From assembly GCA_023254445.1 (NCBI GenBank), contig JALRLN010000003.1, positions 1 to 34,814 on the forward strand: a DNA stretch of 34,814 nucleotides. The letters are read 5' to 3'. Below are positions 23,449 through 33,900 of this stretch, piece by piece. The notes under the pieces are model-generated. The model ran no database searches. It worked only from the letters and a program-made list of their open reading frames with translations, and was not told where the DNA came from. A program made the position numbers and the translations under genes. Positions within the stretch are counted from its first letter, which is position 1. Every line of letters starts with the position of its first letter. This DNA is from Candidatus Poseidoniaceae archaeon (GTDB lineage: Archaea > Thermoplasmatota > Poseidoniia > Poseidoniales > Poseidoniaceae).

Positions 23449-25677
23449 TCAGGCTGATTCCATGCCGAAACCGAAGTCCTTTGCGTTTCGCTTGATGCCG
23501 CTCAGGCCGGACGTCAACGAGCGCTCCATTTTGTCGTAGTATTCCAACATCTCCGGGGTAACGGTGGGGCGCACGCGGCCGATGGCCTCTTCGAAGTGGC
23601 CTTTGTTGACCTTTTTCTTCCCTGCACGCATGGCAATGAGGGCGGCTTCCCTGCACACCGCCTCGATGTCTGCTCCAGTAAAATTGTCCAATTTTCCAAG
23701 GATGTCTTTCATCGAGAAGGTCGCCATTGGCATCCCCTCAGAATGGATGGCGAGGATCGCCTCACGAGAGGCGGCGTCGGGCGGTGGAACGTGCAGCACA
23801 CGCTCAAAACGACCGCTGCGCAACAGGGCTGGGTCGATCATTTCCGGTCGGTTTGTGGCAGCCACGATGATCACCCCGTCGAGCGATTCGACCCCGTCCA
23901 TGCTGGCCAGAAGTTGGTTCACGACGCGATTGGCAACGTCGGACCCTCCGCTCGAACTGTTGGAGGCACGCATGCTTGCGATGGACTCGAATTCATCGAG
24001 GAAGATGATGGAAGGCGCGGATTGCTTGGCCTTCTTGAACACCTCACGGATGGCCCGTTCGGATTCACCGACCCATTTCGAGATCAACTCTGGCCCCTTG
24101 ATGCTGATGAAGTTGGCCTGTGCTTCGTTTGCGATGGCCTTCGCCAAGAGGGTCTTTCCGGTTCCTGGTGCGCCAAAGAGCACGATGCCACGAGGTGGTT
24201 TGATTCCGAAATGCTCGAAGAGTTCCGGCTTTGTGAGCGGCCACTCGACGCTTTCCTTGAGGCGCTCTTTGACTTCCGTGAGGCCTCCAACTTCTTCCCA
24301 GCCGACTTCAGGCACCTCGACGTAGATTTCACGCAAGGCAGACGGTTCAACGTCGCGGATGGCTTCCCTGAAGTCGTTCATGTTGACTTCCATTTTTTCC
24401 AGCACCTCTGGTGGGATGGTTTCCGCATCGAGGTCAATTTCGGGCAGGTACCGACGCAAGGCCTTCATGGCCGATTCGCGAACGAGTGCGCCGAGGTCAG
24501 CGCCGACAAAGCCGTAGGTGTTGTCGATGATCCACGTCATGTCGAAATCGTCGGCAATCGGCATTTGCCGGGTATGAATCTCCATGATTTCGCAGCGTCC
24601 TTCCCGGTCTGGAACGCCAATTTCGATCTCCCGGTCGAAGCGGCCCGGCCGTCGCAACGCAGGATCGAGTGCGTCCTGACGGTTGGTGGCACCAATGACC
24701 ACGACGTTCTCTCGCCCCTGCATGCCGTCCATGAGGGTCAGCATCTGCGCGACAACCCGCCGCTCCACCTCGCCGGAGACGTCCTCTCGCTTCGGGCAAA
24801 TCGAATCGATTTCGTCGATGAAGACGATGGCTGGCGCGTTCTCAGCTGCTTCGTCGAAAATTTCTCGCAGTTGCTTCTCGGATTCGCCGTAGTACTTCGA
24901 GATGATTTCAGGTCCATTGATGGACTTGAAGTGGGCGTTGACCTCGGTGGCAACGGCCTTGGCGATCATCGTTTTGCCCGTCCCAGGCGGGCCGTGAAGC
25001 AGCACGCCCTTCGGTGGGTCAATGCCGAGCCGCCGGAACAATTCAGGGTGCTTGAGCGGCAGTTCAATCATTTCTCGGATCTTTTGCAACTGCTGGCCAA
25101 TGCCACCGATGTCTTCGTAGGTGATGCCCTCGGATTGACCGACTTCCTCGTCGTCGACCGCTTCGTCCTTCAACACGATTTCCGTGTCGTTCGTCACCCG
25201 GACGATTCCCTTCGGGTTGGTTTGGAGAACGGCAAACGGAAGGGTTTCGCTGAACAACGTCATTCCGGGGATGAAGATGCGGTCGCCCGCCATGACGGGC
25301 CGCTTGTGCAAGCCTCGGCGAGCGAATCCTTCGATGCCAGGGCCGAACTTCACCTTCTGCTTGTTCGGCATGACGGGAGAAAGCACGAGTTTCTTGCAGT
25401 CCTTTGGCTCGACTTTGGAGACCGTGACCCGGTCCCCGAGCGACACGCCGGCGTTTTTGCGGATGATGCCGTCCACGCGAATGATGTCGAGCCGTGCGTC
25501 CTCAGGACGGCTTCGCCAATAGATGGCCGCTGTGGACCTCGATTCGCCCTTGATTTCGACAATGTCGCCGGGCTTCAAGTCCAAGCCGTGGTCGCCGGAA
25601 ATTCGGGCACGGCCATGCCCCACGTCCGACGGGACCGCCTTCGATACGCGCAGGGAGACACCTTCCTCATCGCTCAT
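23449..25677 (-). CDS. cdc48: Cdc48/VCP (VAT) family AAA+ ATPase, 742 aa
   Basis: N-domain plus two AAA modules: [18 protein letters not shown]/'[10 protein letters not shown]' and [18 protein letters not shown]/'LLRSGRFER'. RBS GGAGGTGA before ATG 25677. Confidence 0.96.
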   Translation of the reverse strand: MSDEEGVSLRVSKAVPSDVGHGRARISGDHGLDLKPGDIVEIKGESRSTAAIYWRSRPEDARLDIIRVDGIIRKNAGVSLGDRVTVSKVEPKDCKKLVLSPVMPNKQKVKFGPGIEGFARRGLHKRPVMAGDRIFIPGMTLFSETLPFAVLQTNPKGIVRVTNDTEIVLKDEAVDDEEVGQSEGITYEDIGGIGQQLQKIREMIELPLKHPELFRRLGIDPPKGVLLHGPPGTGKTMIAKAVATEVNAHFKSINGPEIISKYYGESEKQLREIFDEAAENAPAIVFIDEIDSICPKREDVSGEVERRVVAQMLTLMDGMQGRENVVVIGATNRQDALDPALRRPGRFDREIEIGVPDREGRCEIMEIHTRQMPIADDFDMTWIIDNTYGFVGADLGALVRESAMKALRRYLPEIDLDAETIPPEVLEKMEVNMNDFREAIRDVEPSALREIYVEVPEVGWEEVGGLTEVKERLKESVEWPLTKPELFEHFGIKPPRGIVLFGAPGTGKTLLAKAIANEAQANFISIKGPELISKWVGESERAIREVFKKAKQSAPSIIFLDEFESIASMRASNSSSGGSDVANRVVNQLLASMDGVESLDGVIIVAATNRPEMIDPALLRSGRFERVLHVPPPDAASREAILAIHSEGMPMATFSMKDILGKLDNFTGADIEAVCREAALIAMRAGKKKVNKGHFEEAIGRVRPTVTPEMLEYYDKMERSLTSGLSGIKRNAKDFGFGMESA

Positions 25678-25802
25678 GCTGGGTTCACCTCCGCGGCGTG
25701 GCCGCGAACATGGGAGTCTGCACCCGACCCCCTTTGAACCCCACCACAAGCCCGGCCGGTGAGGTGAGCAGGGTTGAAGGGTGGCCTGCCGCTCGGCGGA
25801 AC

Positions 25803-27431
25803 ATGACCCACGTGTTGGCAACGGGCTTGGACCTCCTTGAGCACACCAACGAAAGCGGATTGCCCGCTGTTCGCGGATGGAACATCATCAACGGCCACAT
25901 GACGGAGGCCAGCAGCGGTGAGCGCTTCGAGTCCCGGAATCCTGCGCGGTTGCACGACCTGTTGGGCACCTTCCCACGCTCAGGCAAGTCGGACGTGAAC
26001 GCGGCCCTCGACGCAGCCCATGCTGCGTTGCCCTCGTGGTCGGCCACCCCCGCCCCAACCCGTGGGCAGATCATTGGCAACATGGCCCGGATGCTCATCG
26101 ACCTCAAGGACGACCTTGTTCGTTTGGAGACGAGGGAGATTGGAAAGACGGTCAAAGAATCGGGTGGCGAGGTGCAAGAGGCCATCGACACCTGCTTGTT
26201 CTTCCAAGCCGAAGGCCGACGCCTGTATGGTCAAACCGTGCACAGCGAACTGCCCAACAAGGAATTGTCCACCTACCGAAGGCCCCTTGGCGTCTGTGCC
26301 ATCATCAACGCCTGCAACTTCCCTGCAGCCGTCCCGTTTTGGAAAATCATCCCGGCCCTCATCTGCGGCAACACCGTGGTGTGGAAGTCCCCTCAAGATG
26401 CCCCCCTGCTTTCGTTTGCGCTCGCGCGGATCATGCACCAAGCGGGCCTACCTGACGGCGTTGTCAACCTCGTGCACGGCACGGGCTCAGGCGCCGGGCA
26501 GCACCTGATCGACGCCGTCGACGAGGGCCGTGTCAACAAGGTCTCCTTCACTGGATCCACCGGGGTGGGCAAAATGATCGGTGAAGTCTGCGGACGCAAT
26601 TTGGTGCACTGTTCCCTGGAACTCGGCGGCAAGAACCCCCTCGTGGTCATGCCCAGCGCTGACCTCACCAACGCCGTGGAGGGGGCCTATTGGGCCGCCT
26701 TCGGCACCGCAGGGCAGCGGTGCACCAGTTTGGGCAACCTCATTGTCCATCAGGACGTGTACGACGAATTCGTCGAGCGCTTCATGGCCAAGGTCCGCTC
26801 GACGCGGATCGGCGATTCCTTGCGCCACGAAGGCGTGCTCTACGGGCCGATGCTGTCCGAAAAATACGGGGCAGATTTCCTCAAGGGACTTGAGATGTGC
26901 GAAGCAGACGGCGCGACGAAACTCTGGGGCGAAGGGCGAATCACCGTGGACAACGCACCGGAAGGCTTCCTCAGCGAGGCCGATGAAGGCGTCTTCATGT
27001 GGCCCCACGTCTATGCGGACGTCACGGAAGGCATGCAGTGCTTCATGGAGGAGATCTTCGGGCCCGTCGTGACCATCGTCAAAGCCGACGATTTCGACCA
27101 TGCCCTGCACTTGGCCAACGCCTCACCGTACGGCCTGTCCAGTGCGTGTTACACGAACGACCGCCTCGAGGCCTACCGCTTCAAGACGGGGATCAAAGCA
27201 GGGATGACCGGCATCAACAACTCAACGACCGGTGCCGAAGCCCACCTGCCCTTTGGCGGTGTCAAGCAGTCCGGAAACGGCACACGTGAGTCTGGCATGT
27301 GGGTCATCGAGGCCTATTCGTACTGGCACGCGGTGAACGACGAACTCAGCGGGCAGCTTCAGTTGGCGCAGATGGACGTGGAGGAAGTCCACGTGGCAGA
27401 GGCTGAAGTTGATTGGTCCAGCCTTGCTTGA
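25803..27431 (+). CDS. NAD(P)-dependent aldehyde dehydrogenase
   Basis: 'NFP', 'FTGST', catalytic 'LELGGKNP' and 'GQRCT', 'EEIFGPV', 'PFGGVKQSG'. Substrate cannot be determined from sequence. Confidence 0.93.
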   Translation: MTHVLATGLDLLEHTNESGLPAVRGWNIINGHMTEASSGERFESRNPARLHDLLGTFPRSGKSDVNAALDAAHAALPSWSATPAPTRGQIIGNMARMLIDLKDDLVRLETREIGKTVKESGGEVQEAIDTCLFFQAEGRRLYGQTVHSELPNKELSTYRRPLGVCAIINACNFPAAVPFWKIIPALICGNTVVWKSPQDAPLLSFALARIMHQAGLPDGVVNLVHGTGSGAGQHLIDAVDEGRVNKVSFTGSTGVGKMIGEVCGRNLVHCSLELGGKNPLVVMPSADLTNAVEGAYWAAFGTAGQRCTSLGNLIVHQDVYDEFVERFMAKVRSTRIGDSLRHEGVLYGPMLSEKYGADFLKGLEMCEADGATKLWGEGRITVDNAPEGFLSEADEGVFMWPHVYADVTEGMQCFMEEIFGPVVTIVKADDFDHALHLANASPYGLSSACYTNDRLEAYRFKTGIKAGMTGINNSTTGAEAHLPFGGVKQSGNGTRESGMWVIEAYSYWHAVNDELSGQLQLAQMDVEEVHVAEAEVDWSSLA

Positions 27432-27505
27432 CCTGCGTGGCGTCGCCGCATCCCATAAAGACCCGCTGACCGAGCCCACATCACCCGGAGACGGGAGGTA
27501 TCCCC

Positions 27506-28309
27506 ATGGGACAAGGCGTCAGGCTTCCTGTCATCAACGGACTCGGCCGCACAGACCGTCGGGACGGTTGGCTCGGCCAACCCTTCGTCATGGCCATCGC
27601 GCTCGTCGCCCTGATGGTGTACACGGGTTGGCGGCTTCTCGTGATGGACGGCGACATCCATTACGACGACCACCGGGTGACATCCCCCATTTTCTCACCC
27701 GACGTGCTTCACCTCTCCGGCCTCACCGATTATCCGGGTTGGCTGAATTCGGCCATCCTGATCCTCTGGTTGCCCTTTGGATTCCGGGGTACGTGCTACT
27801 ACATGCGACGGGTCTACTACCGTTCCTTCTTCGCCAGCCCTGTGGCGTGCTGGGTCGACGAGCCTGACATCAACAAGAAGATCGGATACGCTGGAGAGCG
27901 ACGCCTCTTCATCTTCAACAACCTGCATCGGTATTTTCTGTACGCAGCCATCGCCATTTTGTTGTTCAAGTGGTGGGACGTCATCCATTCCCTGCACATC
28001 GGGCACGGGTTCATCCTTGATGTCGGCAGCATTGTCCTGGCCACAGAGTCGTTCCTGCTCACCATGTACGTGACGTCCTGTCACGCGTTCAGGCACCTTG
28101 TCGGAGGTGCCCTCGACCGCTGGAACGGTGGCCTCTCCAGCCTCCGCGGGCGACTGTTTGCCTTGGTGTCCTCCCCTCGTTTGAACCAGAGCCACGGATT
28201 CTGGTTCTGGACCAGCCTCGGATTCGTGTTCGTTGGTGATTTGTTCGTAATGGCGGTGGCGAACGGCACGATTCCTGAGGCCAGCATTGTGCTCATTGGG
28301 GGTGTGTGA
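27506..28309 (+). CDS. Succinate dehydrogenase membrane anchor, Rv0249c/Sdh1-type
   Basis: 'PFGFRGTCYYMRRVYYRSFFASPVAC', 'NLHRYF', 'SCHAFRHLVGG', 'LNQSH'. First gene of the sdh operon. RBS GGAGGT. Confidence 0.8.
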   Translation: MGQGVRLPVINGLGRTDRRDGWLGQPFVMAIALVALMVYTGWRLLVMDGDIHYDDHRVTSPIFSPDVLHLSGLTDYPGWLNSAILILWLPFGFRGTCYYMRRVYYRSFFASPVACWVDEPDINKKIGYAGERRLFIFNNLHRYFLYAAIAILLFKWWDVIHSLHIGHGFILDVGSIVLATESFLLTMYVTSCHAFRHLVGGALDRWNGGLSSLRGRLFALVSSPRLNQSHGFWFWTSLGFVFVGDLFVMAVANGTIPEASIVLIGGV

Positions 28310-30166
28310 ATGACCGAGGAGCACTACACGAAGCATGAATACGACGTGGTCATCATCGGCGCCGGTGGCGCCGGCCTCCGGGCCGCCATTGAAGCCGCGC
28401 GAGAAGGGGCCAGGACGGCCGTGATCACGAAATCCCTGCTTGGCAAGGCGCACACGGTCATGGCCGAGGGTGGATGCGCTGCCTCCTTGGGCAACGCCGA
28501 CGACCGGGACAGTTGGAAAGTCCATTTCCATGACACCATGAAGGGCAGCAAGTACCTCGCAGACTGGCGCATGGCTGAGATTCACGCCAAAGAGGCCCCA
28601 GACCGCGTTCGGGAACTCGAACAATGGGGTGCAGTGTTTGATCGCACCCCGACCCACGTCATCAACCAGCGGAACTTCGGGGGCCACACCTTCCCGAGGT
28701 TGGCCCACGTCGGGGACTCCACCGGGCTCGAAATCATCCGGACCCTCCAAGAACGCGGCATCCACGAAGGCATTGACATGTTCACCGAACATACGGTTCG
28801 GCACTTGCTGAAAGAAGGCGACCGGGTCACCGGATGCGTGGCCTACGGGCGCGTGAAGGGCGACTTCCACGCTTTTTCTGCGAAGTCCGTGGTGCTTGCA
28901 ACCGGAGGCATCACGCGGTGCTGGACGGTCTGTTCAGGATCGTGGGAGTATACGGGGGACGGGCACGCGCTCGCCCTCTGGGCCGGCGCGGAACTTCGCG
29001 ACATGGAATTCGTGCAGTTCCACCCCACCGGCATGGTTTGGCCGCCGAGCGTTCGCGGCATCCTCGTCACCGAGGGTGTGCGTGGCGAAGGTGGACGGCT
29101 GTACAACAGCGAAAAGCAGCGCTTCATGTTCGATTACGTCCCTGACATGTTCAGGGGCGACCACGCCGACACCATTCAGGAAGCAGACCAATGGGTGGCT
29201 GAAGTGGTGAGCGGTCGCAAAGCGACAGTCCGCAGGCCACCTGAATTGCTGACCCGCGACGTGGTCGCGAAGGCCATCAACGCCGAGGTCAAGGCTGGTC
29301 GTGGCTCGCCCCATGGAGGGGCCTTCTTGGACATCGCACACCGAGGCAAAGAGGCCATCCTCCACAAGTTACCATCGATGTACCACCAATTCAAGGAACT
29401 CGCTGGCGTGGACATCAGCGAGGAAATGATGGAGGTGGGTCCCACCGCCCACTACGTCATGGGCGGGGTCCGGGTGGACCCCCAAACCCAAGAGACCACC
29501 GTTCCAGGTTTGTTCGCCTGCGGCGAGGTTGCTTCGGGCTTGCACGGCGCCAACCGGCTGGGTGGCAATTCCTTGTCGGACCTCATCGTCTTCGGCAAGC
29601 GTGCTGGCGAGCACGCCGCCAAGCGCGCCAAGAACCTGGCGCCTCCTCCCATTGACAAGGATCAGGTGCAAGCCGCCATCGCCGACATGGTGGAACCGCT
29701 CAACCGCGGCGAAGGCGAAAATCCGGGCCGAATTTACGACGAAATGCGCGACATGATGCAAGCGAAGGTCGGGATCATCCGGACCAAGGCGGAACTTGAG
29801 GAGGCTATCGACGACCTCCGCGCGTTCAAGGCACGGGCGCAGGCATGCTTCCCCGGGACCGACCGACGGTACAACTCTGGATGGCACCAAGCGCTGGACC
29901 TGATCAACATGGCCGACGTGTCGATGGCCGCAACGCTTGCGGCCTTGACCCGTGAGGAAAGCCGCGGCGGCCACACGCGTGACGATTTCCCGACGCCGGA
30001 CGAGGGCCATTGGGGCCAGCACCTGAACATCATCTGGATGGAGGGCGGTGAAATCAAGATCAGGCAAGAGCGGCTCGAGCCGATTCGACAGGATCTGGTG
30101 GCGACCCTCGATGAGGTCAAGGCCATGATCAAGGCCAGGGCCGAAGAACAAGGAGGTGCTCGTTGA
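28310..30166 (+). CDS. sdhA: Succinate dehydrogenase/fumarate reductase flavoprotein subunit
   Basis: 'IIGAGGAG', FAD-attachment 'KAHTVMAEGG', 'QFHPT', 'TEGVRGEGG', 'HYVMGG', 'HGANRLGGNSL', 'ESRGGH'. Confidence 0.95.
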   Translation: MTEEHYTKHEYDVVIIGAGGAGLRAAIEAAREGARTAVITKSLLGKAHTVMAEGGCAASLGNADDRDSWKVHFHDTMKGSKYLADWRMAEIHAKEAPDRVRELEQWGAVFDRTPTHVINQRNFGGHTFPRLAHVGDSTGLEIIRTLQERGIHEGIDMFTEHTVRHLLKEGDRVTGCVAYGRVKGDFHAFSAKSVVLATGGITRCWTVCSGSWEYTGDGHALALWAGAELRDMEFVQFHPTGMVWPPSVRGILVTEGVRGEGGRLYNSEKQRFMFDYVPDMFRGDHADTIQEADQWVAEVVSGRKATVRRPPELLTRDVVAKAINAEVKAGRGSPHGGAFLDIAHRGKEAILHKLPSMYHQFKELAGVDISEEMMEVGPTAHYVMGGVRVDPQTQETTVPGLFACGEVASGLHGANRLGGNSLSDLIVFGKRAGEHAAKRAKNLAPPPIDKDQVQAAIADMVEPLNRGEGENPGRIYDEMRDMMQAKVGIIRTKAELEEAIDDLRAFKARAQACFPGTDRRYNSGWHQALDLINMADVSMAATLAALTREESRGGHTRDDFPTPDEGHWGQHLNIIWMEGGEIKIRQERLEPIRQDLVATLDEVKAMIKARAEEQGGAR

Positions 30167-30933
30167 TGTCGCTCAAAGGCCGAAAGCAGGCGTTCCGCGT
30201 GACGCGAGGCGTTGGTGAAGCGGCTGAAATGGAGGAATACGAGATTGAGCTCGATGAGGGCATGGTCGTCCTCGATTGCGTCCATCGCATCCAACACGAG
30301 CAGCAACCCGACCTTGCCGTTCGCTGGAATTGCAAAGCCGGAAAGTGCGGTTCGTGCTCGGCAGAGATCAACGGTCGGCCGCGTTTGATGTGCATGACGC
30401 GGATGTCGGACGTTGTGGCGGAAACCCCTGCCGGAACGCCGATTGAAATTCGACCGATGAAGGCCTTCCCGCACGTGAAGGACCTGGTGACCGACGTGTC
30501 GTGGAATTACGAGGTGGCCCAACGCATCGCACCCATCAAGGGGCCGGAGGCACCGAACTGGGAATTCAATCAGGCCGAAGCGCACAGGGTCCAGCATTTC
30601 CGCGAGTGCATCGAATGCTTCCTGTGCGTGAACACCTGTCACGTCTTGCGAGACCACGAGCGCTTCGACGCGTTCGCTGGACCTCGGAACCTTGTCCGGC
30701 TGGCCCAATACGAGATGCACCCCCTTGACGAGGAGGACCGCTTGCCTGAAATCAAGCATGATTTTGGCGTGGAGTACTGCAACATCACCCGTTGTTGCAC
30801 CGAAGTGTGCCCTGCTGGTATCCGCATCACCGACGACGCCATCATCCCGCTCAAGGAACGCGTCGTGGACCGGTACTACGACCCACTGCAACGGATTTGG
30901 CGCGCCATCACTGGCCGGAAGGTCCGGATGTGA
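30166..30933 (+). CDS. sdhB: Succinate dehydrogenase/fumarate reductase iron-sulfur subunit
   Basis: 'CKAGKCGSC...C', 'CIECFLCVNTC', 'CNITRCCTEVCP'. TGATG coupling and RBS GGAGGTG. Confidence 0.95.
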   Translation: MSLKGRKQAFRVTRGVGEAAEMEEYEIELDEGMVVLDCVHRIQHEQQPDLAVRWNCKAGKCGSCSAEINGRPRLMCMTRMSDVVAETPAGTPIEIRPMKAFPHVKDLVTDVSWNYEVAQRIAPIKGPEAPNWEFNQAEAHRVQHFRECIECFLCVNTCHVLRDHERFDAFAGPRNLVRLAQYEMHPLDEEDRLPEIKHDFGVEYCNITRCCTEVCPAGIRITDDAIIPLKERVVDRYYDPLQRIWRAITGRKVRM

Positions 30934-30983
30934 GCGTCCCCGGAATCCGACACCGCTAAACCGCTTCGGACGAGTCCACAACC

Positions 30984-33900
30984 ATGCGCCAAGCGGCGGC
31001 CACCGTCGCCATCCTTGGCCTGCTCCTGTTGTCTCCCCTGCCGCTTCCCGGTCAGGCCTCGTACGACCACACAAATGGGGATGATGCACCTGGACTCAGG
31101 TCCTTGTTTGACGGCTTCGCTGCAAGCACGGGCGAGGACGTTTGGAACATGACGCCGTGGTCGGATGTCGCCGTTCCGGACGGCTTCGACCTCCTCTCCG
31201 TGCTCGATTACAGCGACGTCGGCGTCCTCATCAACAACAACTCGGAGGAAAGCCGTGCCATCGGTTGGGCGTTCGTGGCCGCCCGAAACATCAGCAGCGA
31301 CCGGATTTTCGTCTTCAACGGAAGCGACGTACCCACGTCGGAGACCATCAACAGGCAGGCGTTCGAGACGCATTTCGACGGTCCATTTCGGGCGATGCTG
31401 GCGAACAGGAGTTCCTCGACTGACCTCAACTTCCTTGTGACCACGAAGGGGATCCCGCTCCGCATCTCCGGGGGCAACGACAAGGCCAGTTTTGACCAAG
31501 AACTGGCGTTGATTGGTGGATCGTACAACGGGAGCATTGGTCAAAATTGGTGGACAACGCATGCATACGGACCGTTGGCAGGCCAACCGATGGAACGGTT
31601 CTCCCGAGCCGAGCATGGCTTTTTCCTCGTGACGCGTTTGACGGGGTACACCCTCGACACCGCCTTGGACTTGATCGAGCGTGCCAATGAGAGCCTGGGG
31701 TCCCGAGGAACCTACGTGCTGGATCTGGCAACGAACCGAAACGGGTCTGGCTACAAATTTTGGAACGACGACCTCTACGCGGCCAACACATCGTTGCGTG
31801 AAGCGCACAACGCCAGTGTCTTGTTTGACGAGACCTCCACCTTCATCACGAACGTCTCCGACGTGTTGGGGTACGCCTCGTGGGGCAGCAACGACGGGTC
31901 ATGGAGCCAGAACTTCCTCCCAGACTACGGTTTTGAAGCCGCGGATGCCTCGACGTCGAGCGGTCGACGGTCCTGGGAAGCAAGCGCCGCCACGCCCACA
32001 GCCAGCGAGGCGTTTGGATGGGTGGTGGACAACACCACCACGCGCGGTGGGCAAGCGTCGATGGCCTTGCAGATGGCGGCTGATTGCAACGCGAGTTCCG
32101 GTCGAAACGTCTCGGGCCTGCTGGGCGAATACTTCGACAATGCGGCAGGCGTGACCATACCGAACGGCGGCATGCCTGAGTTGATCGACCGCGCTTCATC
32201 GTACGCTCAGGTCGAGGCAAACCTCGACAACAGCGTGTCATACAACGCCTACGCAGGACTTGACGACCGGTTCAAGGTGAATTGGGGTGCTCGCTTCAGC
32301 GGTTTGATCGACGTTCCATGGTCGGGAAATTGGACGTTTTACCTTGACAGCGACGACGGCTCTGAACTGTGGGTGGACGGGGTATCCATCGTCCAAAACC
32401 ATGGCATGCACGGCATGCGTGAAACAAGCGGATGGGTCAACCTTAGCGAAGGTATGCACGACTTGAGGGTGGAATTTTACCAAGGAAATGGACCTCACGG
32501 ACTTCGAATGTCGTGGTCCACATCGAACCTCAGCAAATCCATTGTCCCATCGTCTGCCCTTTCTGTCGCATCGTCGTGGGTGCCATCGGTGGGCACCCTT
32601 GAGCACCACTGGTCCTTTGAAGACGGGAGTGGAAGTTCTGCCTCCGATGCGGTCGGTGGTGCGAACTTGACGTTGTACGGTATGAACGCCTCCAATTGGC
32701 GTTCGTGCGCGGACGGTGGCTGCCTGTGGTACGACGGAGAGGATGACTATGCCGAGGTGGACGTGTCCGACTGGGACGGGGACCTCACCGTGAGCCAATG
32801 GGTCTGGGCCAACACGAGCACCCTGCCTGATTACGCCTCGGTGTTTGCGGTGTCGAACAACGCAGGAGCCAACGCCTCCTTTCAGCACGCGGCGTTCAAC
32901 GGCGAATGGCGCCTTCATAACAACCAAACCCACACCTTTGGAGGCATCGAAGCCCAGCAGTGGATGCACCTTGTCACGGTCTACGACGGTGGTGAGGTCC
33001 GCCAGTACCTCGATGGGGTGCTGGTCAACACGCATCAGCAGCCCGCGGGGGCCATCAACGAGGTTGAACGCTATCGGCTTGGTGTCAACCGTGCGGGCAG
33101 CGTGCACTTTGAGGGGATGATCGATGAGGTCATGGTCTGGAGCAGCGCCCTCGACGCGTGGGAAATCACGGCCCTGCATCGAACGGTGTTGACCTCGTGC
33201 CAACCGTTGAGCACCGGTGGCACCGATGTGGCCCGGCTTGAGCAAACCTACGCGATTGGACCGGACGTGCGCGACCATGCGTGGCTTGGGATCGCGTACG
33301 GGATGAGCACCGACGAAGCGCACGGCGCGTTCAGCGTGATGTACGAAGGGCTTGATGCGTCGGGCCAGGTCCTCTCAACGAACACGTCGTCTCCCCGCAG
33401 TTTCACCTCGGCATGGGCAACCGGAGTCTACCGGTTTCGCCCTGATGCCAACGCCACGACCCTCCGGGTGACGGTTCTCATCGACGTGGGCAGCACGTCC
33501 ACGGACGGAGCGCTGCACATCGATGACGTGCTGCTGCGGGCGATTCGTCCATCGATGGGTTGGCTTCCGGGGGCGATTGCGGAGACAGCGGTGTCGACGG
33601 GTGGGCGAAGTTTCACATGGGGGACGTCCTACGGCCAATCGCTTGTCGCTGACCTGCTCGAGGATGGCGTATCTGGGGTCAAAGGCTACGTGTACGAGCC
33701 GTACTTGACGGCCGTCGGACGTCCATCGGTGCTGTTTGATGCGTACGCGTCAGGATACGGCTTCGCCGAGGCCAACGCCATGGCCAACCTGCAAATCGGT
33801 TGGATGGGGGTGGTCGTCGGTGACCCGAAGATGGCGCCCTACGCTGACCGGCTCCATGATGCGGTGGTGGTCGACGCGCGCGTAGCAGGAAACGTCACCG

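Noticed and set aside
23596..25737. 713-aa plus-strand ORF and other long antisense ORFs (472-2076, 2317-3771, 14807-16207, 20898-22583, 27695-28870, 29734-31089)
   Set aside because: Shadow ORFs opposite well-supported genes, expected from high-GC codon bias, with no recognisable motifs.
25678..25821. Extended N-termini of cdc48 (25821) and the aldehyde dehydrogenase (25698) given in the ORF track
   Set aside because: They would overlap each other. The RBS supports ATG 25677 for cdc48, and ATG 25803 for the dehydrogenase removes the overlap.
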